Positions 11,986-26,899 of a stretch of DNA of 64,000 bases are shown in pieces. A program made the position numbers and the translations under genes. Origin of the DNA: the human T2T-CHM13v2.0 reference genome, Homo sapiens; NCBI RefSeq assembly GCF_009914755.1, contig NC_060926.1; one strand, 5' to 3'. Numbering within the stretch: the first letter of the stretch is position 1; each line of letters begins with the position of its first letter. The notes beneath the pieces are model-generated. The model had not been told where the DNA came from, made no database searches, and saw nothing but the letters and a program-made list of their open reading frames with translations.

Positions 11986-13959
11986 TTCTTTCATCTGTGC
12001 CCTCATTGAGGGACTTTCCCCCTGAAAGTCCAGGAACAACACACTCAAGCACAGTAGCTCTGGGATGTAGCAGCCACCTCTGCCTTGACAAAAATTACAA
12101 GGCCTTTTGCATGTGGCAGTTTAGCCCACTGGAGACCATTCCAGTTGCAACTAAGCCAATCTTATCATCTGTGGTTTGTCTACACAGTAGCACAATTGGC
12201 AGAAACACAGGAGTATTGGTTACTGTGCTTACAGTGACTTTGGGAACCATGACTGATCAGTTTAGACCAAAATTCTAACCACAATCGTTCTGGAAACTTG
12301 CACTGCCATGGCGAATGTAGAAACAGTCACAGTCAGAAATTGTATCCATCACACAGACGTTTTGTTTACAATTGGAACCTGAATGGACTGGTGGTTTTGA
12401 CTTTCCGCAGTTATCATTACACCTAAGGCGAGAGTTCCAGCCTGCTGCAGAGTGAAAACATCCCTTTGAGGGCCTTAAAGCCATGGCATGGTCTTGAAAT
12501 AAGACTATCAGTGACAGGCGTAATAATAGGTCTCCTTTAGATTTCTAATTGAGGTGGTGGAGGAAGAAATCTCCCTTGTCCTAACACCTAGTGAACAAGG
12601 TTGCTGCTGCTGAGGACTTTTCCATTGTTCTTTTCTAGAACTTTCTAGATTTCTCCTTTGTTTGGAGACTTAAATGCATGAGGTTTCCTTGAGAAGTCCT
12701 TATCATCTTGAAAGGAGAATGCTACAAAGATTGTCAACTGAAGTTTGAGAAACTGAATCACTGAGCACTGCTGTGTTGAATATAGCCCACCTTGTCAGTG
12801 TCTCTACATAGAAGAAGAAAGGGTGTTAGACATAATGAAATAGACCTCAAGTCATTTTTCTTTTCTTAGATTTTAAGTTTCAAAAAGAACAATTGCCCCA
12901 AAGCTTGGATATAGCCACAGAACTTATTCCGAGTCACAGGGGCAATTTTTTATTGCTTACTTCCCAAACATGGCACTTTGGCATTTTGTGACATAGTTTT
13001 GGCTCTGGTGTATATTGTATCCTTTGAGATTTGACAAAGGTATGGGGTAGGAGTGGTCACATGGGGTGGCTCAGGTACACAGAATCCTGCCATTTCTCCT
13101 TTGCTTGACTTGATCTCAGAGTTAGGCTGACATTCCTAGCCACATGGGGTCCTTGCAGCAGCTGCAGAGCCCAGATGTCCAGCTGGAGAAATGTGGCCCA
13201 TGTCCTGTTAATCTGACAGACATGTGAGTCTGGAACAGGGGAAGTTGGCAGCTGGGTTGTCACTCCTCATATTCCTTAGAGTTGGTCAGGAGTGGGTATG
13301 TTGGGAGTTTCCAATCTGTTTCTTTCACACCCAGAGAGATGCAATAGGGAAGAAGAGAAATGAATGTTCATACTCAGACATAATTTGAGGTAGTACTCTA
13401 GGTGTTTTTTATTGCGGTGATGGTTAAGTGTGAAAAGCAGATATGATGTAACTTCCTCAAAAGTAATTGGCTGTCCAAATGAGAAAGAACAGCATTTGAG
13501 TTAGTAAGAAAAACAAATCTAACAAATAAATATGATGTGAGCCAGAAAGGAAAATGTAAGCAGTAAATCTGCATATTTGGAACTGATCAATGATTTAAAA
13601 TATTTCTTTATGAATGAAGTTAAAGACTTGAACTCTAGTTCATGCAAAAAGAGACTCAGTCCTAGAAACCAAAGTCCCCCAAAGGCTGAAAATGTTTTCA
13701 ACACTTGAGGCCTAATGGCACCCTTTCACTCTACCACATTTCACTGCCTTTACAGATTTTTATGTGCAGTAAATAAGAGGGCATTTTTCATTTATACAAA
13801 ATTTTTCCAGATGAATTTTGTAACATATTTTTTAGATCTTTATTGATTTGTGAGTCTGTCCATTTACCTATCAGTTACATTGAAATCTTTTGTCTTTAAA
13901 CAAGTTTTATTAATGACATAACAAAGAGGAGAATATAAGACTTAAGGTTATGATTTAGA

Positions 13960-14122
13960 ATTGCATTATCCAATATAGCAGCCACTAGAAATATGTGGTT
14001 ATTTAAATTAAAACTAATTAAAATTAAATTAAATTAAAAATTCAGTTCAGGTGTATTGTACTGCTTGAATATTAAAACTTACCCATCACTGCAGGAAGTT
14101 CTATTGGACAGCTCTGCTCTAG
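13960..14122. mobile_element. MER3/MER33 (hAT-Charlie) with internal deletion
   Basis: tccaatatagcagccactag...taattaaaattaaat...catcactgcaggaagttctattggacagc. Confidence 0.75.
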
Positions 14123-14393
14123 AAAGCACCTTTCCTCTTTTGAATGTAGAATCTTTGAAAAAAGCTACCTTCCTTCAGTAGCCAGAATTTTTAAGAACAG
14201 TGCTTCCTGCTTTGTCCAGCAGATAACTAAAAAGCAAGTCTGTATTGTCAAATAACCTTTTCTTGTGGAAAACCTGATTCTCCATTGTGATTCAGTGTTT
14301 GAATGGTTTGGTGACAATTAGTGTGTGTCAATCTGTACTAATATTGAGAACTGGAGTCTGTGAATCTTTTAGGTGGTCCCTGCTACTCTAAAT

Positions 14394-14592
14394 CAGAGGT
14401 CAGTGGACTTTCCTCTAAAGTGGGTAGATAGTAAATATTTTAAGTTTTGTAGGCTATACTAGCTCTGTTGCAACTCGTCAACTTTGCCACTGGAGTCCAA
14501 AAGCAGCCATTAACAACAGGTAAACGGATGTAGGTATGCCCCAATAAAACTTTATTTACAAAATAGGTGTAGTGATAGTTTACCCACCCCTG
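14394..14592. mobile_element. MER58A
   Basis: cagaggtcag...agatagtaaatattttaagttttg...ccaataaaactttatttacaaaa...cacccctg. Confidence 0.8.
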
Positions 14593-14893
14593 TCTTAGAA
14601 TACATTTAATGACTCCCTCAAGTCTCAAATTTTGATTAAGGCAATTAATATATTGACTAAGATTAACTAATGCTTTCTCATTATGGTGTTGTGATTATAA
14701 TGTGGACAGCCAGCTATTTTCAATTTGTCTCCTTTGGGATCTGCCCAGATAAATACATACTGTTAACTTCCTTACAATATTAGATAAACTATTTTATTAT
14801 TACTTGTGCATATGTCTTAGAATGCCCACCTCAGAATAGCAATAATCATAGAAAAAAATGGGCCTTGGAGAATGTGCATGGGTATCAGGGTGA

Positions 14894-15286
<393 letters not shown>

Positions 15287-15737
15287 TGATGATGGTACTT
15301 CAACTAGTAGGACTAATCCTAATTTAAGATGTTATTTACATAAATGGCTACTGTCCTGCAATAGCCTCTATAATTCTTTTTCATCATTCTCCCTGGGTAT
15401 CAGCATTACATGGTTCTGGGAGTCATTCCAGAAGGCTTGTCCAGAACCTGCTCCTGCAGCCATTCCAGTGATTTTGAAATCACTTGATTCCTTGTATTAT
15501 ATTTCCTCCTTCTTAAAATACAGAGTATCTGTTTGCTACCCTGAGTCCTGACTAATGCTATGGCATATATTAATTTTTATAAATTCTGAAATGCATGTAA
15601 AGTTGTTAGCTTTTTTGGAAGGCTGTGTCTCTAAGTGAGTCCCCAGCTCCATTTTTTTGAACTTTAGATTTACCTTTTCCCCATCTCTTTTGAGTGTCTA
15701 GTATGGTGTGACATTGTGCTATAATAAATATATATTA

Positions 15738-16612
<875 letters not shown>

Positions 16613-16977
16613 TCCTGACACAAAAACTTCTAAAGCCCTTGGAATTTCCTGAGTGATAGAAGTGAGAGGAGTGTCTTTGATTATCCATAATAGGCTCCTT
16701 TCAACCATACCTGAGTGTATGCTAATGAGATGAATCTTGGTGGGCCCCTAGATAGCTTCCGGATGGGGGCTGATTGCCAGAGGAACCAACCATGTGATTA
16801 GAGGGCTGGAATTTTGAACCCCATCCCCTGACCCCCCCAAGAGGAGAGAGGGGCTAGAGATTGAGTTAATCATCAATGACCAGTGACTTAATCAATCATG
16901 GCTAAGTGATAGACCCTACATAGATATTCTAAATAAAGGGGTTGGAAAGCTCCCAGGCTGGCATACACATCAAAGTA

Positions 16978-17300
16978 TAGTAGTATCTTGGTATCCACTG
17001 GGGGAGTTGGTGCCAGGACCCTCTTCAGACACCAAAATGTAGAATTCTCAAGTCTTGTATATAAAATGGCACAGTATTTGCCTATAACCTATATACATCC
17101 TCTCATGTACTTTAAATCAGCTCTAGATTACTTATAATACCTAATACAGTATAAATGCTATATAAATAATTGTTATGCTGTATTTTAAAAATTTGCATTA
17201 TTTTTTATTGTTGTATTATTATTTTTAATTGTTTTTTCCCAAATATTTTTATCTGAGTTTGGTTAAATCTGTGGATGCGGGAACCATGGAGGGCTGATTA
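16978..17300. mobile_element. MER2 (TcMar-Tigger MITE)
   Basis: ttggtatccactgggg...ccaggaccc...atataaaatggcacagtatttgc...ctctagattacttataatacctaataca...ggagggctga. Confidence 0.85.
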
Positions 17301-19739
17301 TATTAGGAGAGTGGCATGCCCAGGGAAGGCATGGAATCTCCATGAATCCCCCCATACCTTGTCTTGTGCATCTCTTCTATTGGCTATTTCTGAGTTGTAT
17401 TCTTTATAATAGGCCAGTAAATGTAAGTAAACTATTTTTCTGAGTTTTATGAGCCAGTTTAGCAAAATCTGAGAGGAGGTCATGGGAACCCCTGATACAT
17501 AACCAGTTGGTCCTAAGTATGAAAGGCCTGGGACTTGTAATTGATGTCTGAAATGGGAGCAGTCTTGTGGCACTAAGCCCTTAACTTGTGGGATCTAACA
17601 GTAACTCCAGGTAGATAGTGTCAAAATTGAGTACAGTTGAATTATAGAACACCCACCTGGTGTCAGGGAAGTAGCTGGTGTGGGGGAAAAATCCCTTATA
17701 CATTTGGTGTCAGAGTGTTCTGTGGGTAGAAACAAATCATAATAGATAATAATTCTCACTCACTTCCTAGATGGGAAATTTTTCACTGAGGATTGAGAGC
17801 CAATCTACTTTCCAGAGAGTCAAGAATGATTACATCCTATGAATACTAGCTCTGGACTAGATAGGAATAATGAAACTGAGTACTAAGGTCATATGATATA
17901 AGATGGCCATTAAAACTGAAGAAGGCTGCAATCCACTTAAAGGAAGCACCTATCAATCTTCAGTAACATGTATCCAATACAGTCCCATGGCATAATTATG
18001 TGGTGAGCTTCAAAGCCTTTGCTCTGTTTGCAAAATGCATTAAAGAGAAAACCCATCACCTGACTTTTAGGTTTTCAAATTAGATTGTTTCTGTTCACTG
18101 GGACCTAGCCAGCGCATGTGTGTTTTTCTTCTGATCTGCTTAACATTTCCTGAAATGCCATCCTGACCCTCTTATTTGGATCCCTAAAAGAACAGAGGTG
18201 TTCGACATGCTCCTTGTGCAGCCTTGTCCAGAAAGGATTCCCAGCTTGAAGGTTGAGGTGATATTCACAGTGCATTGTGGATAGCTTTTTCTTTTTAATT
18301 GTGATTCAGTGGAATGCCAACCAGAAGTTTAAAAAAAAAGCACATTACAAGGCATAAAGCTTTATGATTAATTATGTTGAGTTCAGATATAATTTAAACA
18401 TATTGACTTGTCTGAAATAAGTGCCAGACAGTGGGGCTGGGGAGACAGGAAGTGCCTGGTGAGACTGCTGAAACAGGCTGGAAGGGAAGTCAAGGGGGGT
18501 ACGGACATCATCATTTAACTGTTCTCCACGGCCGGGCAGAAAATGGCCACAACTGCTGATGGTCAGTGGAATCAAAGAGATAAATTATGGCCAAGGCATT
18601 CCTTTGAAATGAACAGAATGTTAGTCGATACTTCAACTTTGCACAATCTTAAAAAACTGGTTCGGAGACAATCCATTACAAATGATTTTTTCCCTTCATA
18701 CATATGACCTGTCTAGAGATTTCTCTGAGGAACCAGAGCTGCTTTGCTGATTCCCAGTCTCGTCATTCTGAACTGGTGGAATTTCAGACTCCCTGCTTTG
18801 CGGTGGCTCCCAAGCTGGAGGTAGAATGGCACCAGCAGTGGGGAAAGGCTGCAAATTCTTGCGCGTGAATGAGGTCCAGGCTATCCCGATGGTTTCTGTA
18901 GCCGGGCTGAGTAAAAGAATGAAACTGATTTCTATGCAGCAAACTGGGACCAGATGCGTTTCTCTGTGTAGAAAGTTTAAAAATCTGACCAGCTGCTTTC
19001 AGTTTTTAATAATGGATTATGTTGTTGAGGGGCCTGCACTTACTTTGATACTTATGCATAGGAAAGCAAAATGTGAGCGTTTGGGCTAACCTCACCGGTG
19101 GATTTTGAACACACCCAGGGCATACGTGATTCAGCGTCCCCTTGAAGCTGAGCCTAACTGTTTAATGTCGTCTGAGTGACAGCGACGTCGTCCAAAGAGT
19201 CCTGGCCACAGACTCCTATTCATCCCACAGCGTGTCCCCATGATCTTCATGGAGGTTCCTCAACTCAGCTGAATTCTGATTCATATCTCAGAAATTTCTG
19301 GAAAGCTTGGGATCCAGCCTGCTGCTCTTCATCCTCACACTCAGGGTCCTTGAAACCTGCAGCTGTGCAAAAATTTTACACATGCTGGGAGAGTAGCAGC
19401 AGTTGCCTCTTGGCTAGCTTTTCAGATAAACTCCCTGTCTCATCTCTGATACTGAAACTCAAGCTCCAGGCTGTGGGGGAGAAGGCATGCTTGTAGGTGA
19501 AATCACCTTTCCCAAATGAAGCAGCAAAAGAGAAGGAAGGAGGGGTCGTTCTGCTCCTTGAGATCTCTGATGAGGGGTAAGTGTACGTGTGGGCTTCTGC
19601 TGCCTCCTCTCATTCAAGACAAAGAGCCCAGAAAACCATGTAAAACTCAGAGAAGACTCTAGGAGGATACCATGAATGGATTAAATAATATCACGTAGGA
19701 TTTAGCTACCTTATTTGATTTAATTTTGGGGAAGAGGCC

Positions 19740-20152
19740 TGTATTAGGGTTTTTCAGAAAAACAGAACCAATAGGATGTGTGTATGTGTATATAATATAT
19801 ATCTGTGTGTATATGTGTGTGTGTGTGTGTGTCTGTGTATTTCATGTATATATGCAATTTTGGAGGCTGGCAATTCTGTAATTTACAGGGTAGCCTGGCA
19901 GCCTGGAGACCCAGGGAAGAGATGAGGCTGAAGCTGGAGTCTGAAGGCAGCCTGCTAGTAGAATTCCCTCTTTCTCTTTAAGGCCCTCAGCTGATTGGAT
20001 GAGGCCCATCCACATTATGGAGGGTAATCTGCTTTACTCAAAGTCTACTGATTTCAATGTTAATCTCATGGAAAAAATAACTTCCCAGCAACATCTAGAC
20101 TTAATCTGGCTACTTTGGTCTAGCCAAGTTAACACGTAAAATTAACCATCAC
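19740..20152 (-). mobile_element. MLT2 (ERVL) solo LTR with internal (TG)n
   Basis: tgtattaggg...aacagaaccaatagg...gattggatgaggccca...aaattaaccatcaca. Confidence 0.88.
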
Positions 20153-20827
20153 AAAACCTTAGCATAAGAATATTTATATTTGTGTTTTTCCTTGAGGCAA
20201 AAGAACTGGGATGCAAAGAAAGAAGTCTCCATATCAGAGGAGGCAGTAGAACTAAATGCATTTATCACACATCTATATATTTACACATACACACGTACAT
20301 ACACACACATGCACACATATACACACACACCCATGTGCCCCAAGCACATCGACCTAAAAGTGCAAATGAGCATCGGGGCAAAAAAGCAATCTGGAAATAA
20401 AGGAAATCAGAGGTACACAGCCCCTACGTCTCACACATTTCCTCTGTCTGGCTAAGAAATGGAAAAATTGGCCCTGGAAACTCTTCACAACCTTCTCTCT
20501 TTCCTGTTAGAATTTCCTAAGGTGAAAGTCTGATTTTTTAGAAAACTGTTGCAGCTCAAATATCAATATGTCCAGGGAAGAAAACTTTGTACAGTGATAC
20601 TCCCATCTGTTCATGAGAGTCTTTGAGAATGATGGATCACCATAATGAGAATTTTCTTCAGTGAATCCCAACTTAATGTTAAAGTGCAACAGTGGTCCTC
20701 ATTCCAATTCCATGATTTTCCAAGGCAGTAAAACTTGGTCTAAGAAATGATGAAGATTGTGTCCTTAAAGACACATATGTCTTTATAGAATTTGATATAC
20801 TTTATATTAAAAATAATGAATAAAAAA

Positions 20828-21293
<466 letters not shown>

Positions 21294-21638
21294 TCAGCCT
21301 CTGGATATGTCTTCTTTGTCCAGAAACAAGATACATATCCGGGGGACTATGTCCATGCCCTGGAGTGGAGATTTTTTTCCATCTTGTTACAACTAAGCCA
21401 CCACTTTGGCCATTTCTGTAAGATTCCTTCAGAGTGTGGGATTAGATGGCTTGTAAGGCTCACTTCCAGCCCTAAAGCCACTGATTCTACTCTCAAATGG
21501 TTTGACTTCAGCCTCCCTGCATTTCTGATGGTTGCAGTAGCCTGAGGTCTTTACTACCAGAATCAGGCCACTGATGGAGACCCTAAAGTGGGAGGTGACC
21601 TCTAGTTTATTTCCTCTACATTAGAAAAAATAAAACTC

Positions 21639-21982
<344 letters not shown>

Positions 21983-21998
21983 TTAGTTGTCCCTTGAG

Positions 21999-22190
21999 TA
22001 GGGTTGCCAGATTTAGCAAATAAAAATCCTTAGCACTAGTTAAATTTGAACTTTAGATTAAGAAGGAATGATTTCTTAGTGTAAGTATATCCTATGCAAT
22101 ACTTGGAACATACTTATGCTAAAAAAGTATTCCTTGGTTATCTGAAATTCAAATTTCACTGGAAATTCTGTATTTTATCTGGCAATCCTA
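21999..22190. mobile_element. MER53 (hAT MITE)
   Basis: TIRs tagggttgccagat / atctggcaatccta; internal aaatttgaa / ttcaaattt palindromy. Confidence 0.88.
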
Positions 22191-22794
22191 TTCTTGAGGA
22201 GTCCCATTTTGACTGCACCCCAGGGCAATGTGGATCAGAGATTTCATTTTATTCCCTGTGGGTTTGTCTCCCAAGTCATTCTCCCATGACAACATTTCAG
22301 CTTCCTCCTACTCCACAGAGATGCTTGCAGTCACTGCTGTTTCCCTATCTTGACTTGCACTTTCTTGCTTCCCAGTGATTGCCTAGGCTTCACTTCTACC
22401 CGAAAGGTTTACATTACCAATTTTTGTTCTTTCTTAGTTTTTCCTGAGTACTGTGAACATTTCAGAGCATCAGAGTTTCTGTGTTGTGAAAAGGGGCTGT
22501 ACATGCAAATACATTCAGGTGCCATAAGGCAATATTAATGTTTGAAGCAGGCCTGGTGACACTAGACCAACAGCAGAGTACAGGCTCTTCCTAAAGACAT
22601 TTCCAAATGCTCTGTCAATCACTGTGCTGGCTGAACAAGGCATGTCTGCAGCATATGTGCTGCCATCTTGCATCTTCTGGTTTAGGGCAAAGTGCTTCCC
22701 ACTTTTCCTTTGGAACACTTGGGTCTTGCAAAATATTGAAATAAGTCTGAGAAACAATGAGTATCGCTCTTGAAAAGTGTCCATGCCACACTCA

Positions 22795-22915
22795 CTAACT
22801 AGACCTGAGTAAGCTCCAAGAAGGCAGGAACCATGTCTGTTATGTTCACTGCTTTAACCTCAGAGCTTAGGCTACAGAAGGCTCTTAATCAGTATTTCTT
22901 GAGTGAATAAATGAG
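22795..22915 (+). mobile_element. L2 3' end
   Basis: gtaagctccaagaaggcaggaaccatgtctg...ttgagtgaataaatga. Confidence 0.7.
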
Positions 22916-23074
22916 GAACGAAGCCTTAGTCATTTGCTATCTTCTCTGTCTTACTCATCATGAGAAACCAATATTTTAAATCTGAATTTTGGATGAAAAC
23001 CAAGCTGCGCAAGATTGTTATCGATTCTTGTGGTTGAGAAATTAATGTAACATAAAACAAGACACCTAAACTTT

Positions 23075-23280
23075 AAACCTGAGCCTTGCTAGCTGAATCT
23101 GGCCCTAGGATGTATTTTATTTGGCTAACACAGTGTTTTGGAAACGTGAACTTTTATGCCTTGAGACAGACATAAGTTGATAGCTCACCAATGTCTTCAC
23201 TACTCCCTATTGTCTCATTAGCTCTCTCCCCTTACATCACTTACCTTGCCTCTAGAGGCATTTGAGTTTCAGTGTCTGCT
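23075..23280. mobile_element. MER102-like hAT fragment
   Basis: atctggccc...gatgtattttatttggctaacacagtgtttt...gaggcatttgagtt. Confidence 0.5.
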
Positions 23281-23299
23281 AGGGGATGATTCATCAACT

Positions 23300-23560
23300 T
23301 TAAGAACGCAGATTTTGATGTAAGACAGTTTTAGATGTGAATTCTCGATCTTGCACTTACTAACTAAGTAATAACTTTAGACAAGTTAGTAACCTCTTGG
23401 AGCCTCAGGTTGTTCATCATTTGTAAGAAAAAAATGCTGATAATAATAGTACTTACTTCTTAGAGCTGTTAAAAGTATCAGATGATACAATAAATGTAAA
23501 CTGCTTAGCACATACCTGGCACACAGCAAATGTCCAACAAGTGCTAACTATTTAATAATA
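23300..23560 (+). mobile_element. MIR
   Basis: cacttactaact...acaagttagtaacctcttggagcctcag...cttagcacatacctggcacacag. Confidence 0.8.
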
Positions 23561-23707
23561 ATAATTGTTGTTGTTACTTCTGTTTTAGTTTCACATGTAT
23601 GGAGACCAGGTTTTGAAATGAGCAGAGTGGCTTTCAAGAAATTCAGAAATCAGAAAATGTCAATCTCCTCTGTACCAAATCTAGAGAGAGGACAGCTGAG
23701 GAATGGA

Positions 23708-24080
23708 TATTTCTCAGTCCATTTGCACTGCTATAATAAAATACCTGAGAGTGGGTGATTTATAAACAACAGAAATTTATTTCACACAGTGCCAGAGGTT
23801 GGGAAGTCCAAGATCAAGGTGCCAGCAGAATTGGTGTTTGGAAAGGGCATCCCTCCTACTTTCAAGATGGTGGCTTATTGCTCTGTCCTCACATGATGAA
23901 CAGGAGAAGGACAAAAAGGGAAGAGTGCTCTCTTCAACCTCTTTATAAGGTCATTAAGTACATTTATGAGGGCCCTGCCCTCATTACTTAATCACCTCCT
24001 AAAGGCCCCACATCTGAATATTTTCACATTTGTGATTAAGTTTCAACATACGAATTGTGGGGATACATTCAGACCATAGC
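23708..24080 (-). mobile_element. MSTD/MST-type MaLR LTR
   Basis: cagtccatttgcactgctataataaaatacctgagagtgggtg...gggaagtccaagatcaagg...cattcagaccatagca. Confidence 0.85.
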
Positions 24081-24344
24081 AATATACTTGCTTATTATTG
24101 TGTTTTGCTCACTGATATGTTTCTAGCACCTAGAAAAGTGCTTCACATACAGTAAAGGCTCCATAAGTATTTAGTCAAATTAATGAATGAACTGTAGACT
24201 TCTGGATGGCTCTCATTATGGTCATACCTCATGAATGTAAGTGGCTTGTCTTTTTCTAATGAATCCCTATACTTGGGCAATCAACTGTCTGTGTGAAGAT
24301 GGTGCACAGCCTCACAACTGGAATTGCAGCCAAGGGCTATCTAT

Positions 24345-24896
24345 AAAATACCCAGTAAAGCCTTTAAGATGATCTCCATGGATTCTTGTGACCCCTTTGT
24401 AAACCCTGTACTTTAAATCAGGGCTGGTTGGTGTGACCAATAGAATATGGCAGGTATAACAGTATGTGACTTTCAAGGCCCAGTCCAAACAATAAAAAGA
24501 AAATGTATTGGAGTTTACGCCTTGGGGTCTCTTAGATTGCGTGCTCTGGAGGATGCCAGTCACCAAGTTGTGAAGATATCCTTGCAGTTCTGTGGAGAAG
24601 CCCATGGGAGAGGAACTGAGGCCTTCTGGCATTAGACATCACCACTTGCCAGCCATGTAGGTGAGTTACCTTGGGATCAAATCCACCAGCCCCAGTTAAG
24701 GTAGGCTAGGCCCAGTTAAGCCTAGGCTGATGTCTGATGCAACCTCCAAAGGGATCTTGAGCAGACTTGCTCAGCCAGGCCACACCTGAATTCCTGACCC
24801 TCAGAAACTGCGAGCAATGTCCAGAAAAACAATTATTATTTTTGTAAGCCATTAAATTTTGGAATAATTTGTTATGCAGCAATAGATAACTAATAC
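24345..24896 (+). mobile_element. MLT1F-like LTR
   Basis: gaccaatagaatatggcag...ggagaggaactgaggcc...ttcctgaccctcagaaactg...gttatgcagcaatagataactaataca. Confidence 0.85.
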
Positions 24897-25219
24897 ACAA
24901 GGAATTTGACTCTGACTGGTGTTTCGGAGTGTATTCCTGATAGATTATCATTTAAGTACAATAAATACTGACATAAAATAGTTTTATGTGCATTATTGAC
25001 AAGTATTTCATAGACCTTTGCATTTATGATTTATCATAGACCTTCATTTTCACAGACCTTGTTACATTTGTCACTACCCTCAAGAGGTTCTTAGATGCAC
25101 ACGGCTTATAGGGAGCAGCCCGACCATGCCGATCCTAACTCCTCAAGCCTGTTCTTTGGAAAATGAACATATGAAGCATATGAAGGGCTCCAAGGAACAA
25201 TGAGAACAGAATATTCCTG

Positions 25220-25513
25220 GGCTGGGCACAGTGGATCACATCTGTAATCCCAGCACTTTGGGAGGCTGAAACGGTGCTTTTGCTTGAATCCAGGAGTTCG
25301 AGACCAACCTGGGCAACATAGCAAGACTCTCTATCTACAAAAATTAGAAAAAAAATCAGCCAGGTGTGGTGCCATGTGCCTCTCTAATCCCAGCTACTTG
25401 GAGGCTGAGGTGAGAGGATCGTTTGAGCCCAGGAGTTGGTGGCTACAGTGAGCTATAATGGGACCACTACACTTTAGCCTGGACAACAGAGTGAAACTCT
25501 CTCCAAAACATAA
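25220..25513 (+). mobile_element. AluJ (Jo/Jr-like)
   Basis: ggatcgtttgagcccaggagttggtggctacagtgagcta; degenerate TSD agaatattcctg/agaacatccctg. Confidence 0.92.
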
Positions 25514-25789
25514 AGAACATCCCTGAACAAATGAGTCAGATGATCAAGAAATACCAGTGAACACTGAGCATCTTCTATTCACAATTCAGTGTGAAATAAA
25601 AAGAGTGATGAGTCATTTAGAATCCAGAATCTCCCAGAATCTTCCAGAATCTGGTGAGGGACATAAGACGTACCTGAGGAGTGAATGAACAATTCATGGT
25701 GTTCAGTCAGTGGCCAGCCCACACCTGCAGTACTGTGGTCCATTCTGCCTGTGACATATTTAGAAGGTTATTGACAAGTAAGAAGACAG

Positions 25790-26080
25790 CCTGAGGATGT
25801 TCTCTGTGAGCAAATAGGGTCATTGAACGTGCAGGAGAGAAGCTCAAGCAAAATGGAAATGACTGCCTTCAAATATCTAAAGGCTACCACAAGGAAGATG
25901 GATGCACCTGCTCTGACTTGTTCTTGAGCACAGAGCAAAGACCAGTAAATGAATTTACAGGAGGGTCAATCACTGCTGGCCAGCACAGCAGAGAAAGCTG
26001 CTATCACTGATGGGTTGCAAGCAGTGGGTGGTGGCCGTGGCTCAGAGATGCTGCAGATGGGTTTGCTATGTGGTGTAAAA
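25790..26080 (+). mobile_element. L3/CR1 fragment
   Basis: gactgccttcaaatatctaaaggctacca...gaagatgg...cagagcaaagaccagtaaatgaatttacaggaggg. Confidence 0.6.
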
Positions 26081-26119
26081 GATCATCTCTGCATTTCCTC
26101 ATCACTCCATGTGAGAAGG

Positions 26120-26310
26120 CATCATAGAAAAAGAATGGGCTTCAGAGTCAGACAAAAGGGGTGTAGCTCCTGAATCCACCATGAAATGCCTTGTGAACCT
26201 AGGTAAGAAACTGAGGACAGTTTCCTCAGTTTCTCCATCTGTAAAATGAGGTATAACAATGCTTGCTCCATTAGCTCACTGTCAAAGCAGAGATAGTGAG
26301 ATCACACATG
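26120..26310 (+). mobile_element. MIR
   Basis: cagagtcagac...cctcagtttctccatctgtaaaatgagg. Confidence 0.75.
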
Positions 26311-26334
26311 TCAAGTATGTAGTACATTTATGGA

Positions 26335-26614
26335 GCTCACCCAATCCAATCTGAGTGGTGTCCTTTTAAGGAAAGAAAATTTGGACACAAGAGAGGCACT
26401 AGGGATGTGAGTGCACAGAGGAAAGACCACATGAGGAAAGAGCAAGAAGACAGCCATCTGCAAAACAAGGAGAGAGGCCTCAGAAGAAACCAATCCTGAT
26501 GACTACACCTTGATGTCGGACTTCCTGCCTCCAGAACTGTGAGAAAATCACTTTCTGTTATTTACACCTCCCAGTTGGTGGCATTTTGTTCTGGCAGCCT
26601 GAGCAGACTAGCAC
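26335..26614 (+). mobile_element. MLT1B-like LTR, 3' part
   Basis: aatccaatctgagtggtgtcctttta...cacagaggaaagaccacatgagg...cctccagaactgtgagaaaa...gcagactagcaca. Confidence 0.82.
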
Positions 26615-26899
26615 AGGAGGGGATGCGCTTTATGCTCTATCTTAGCTCCAGCTCTCAGGAGCAAGTCTTCTGTGGGTGAAATGGGCATCATCATCCAATC
26701 CGGCAGCAGGGTGTGGATGGCAGAAACTTGACCTGCACATGGTAAAGACAAGCCAAGTACAGATCAGAATCTGGGCCAAGTGCACCTGGGCACTCTATTC
26801 TTGGGTTGAAAAGACAGTACAGTGGTATAGGAGATGTTGGTGATGAAAGCCCTGAATTTTTTTTCTTGTGTCAAAGTGCTCCTATCTGAGCTGCTTGCC

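Noticed and set aside
13060-13290. Possible old LTR fragment (also 33050-33530)
   Set aside because: Looks LTR-like, but I cannot assign a family from memory, so it is not listed as a feature
24688-24730. cccagttaag...taggct duplication
   Set aside because: Minor 20-bp slippage inside an MLT1F LTR
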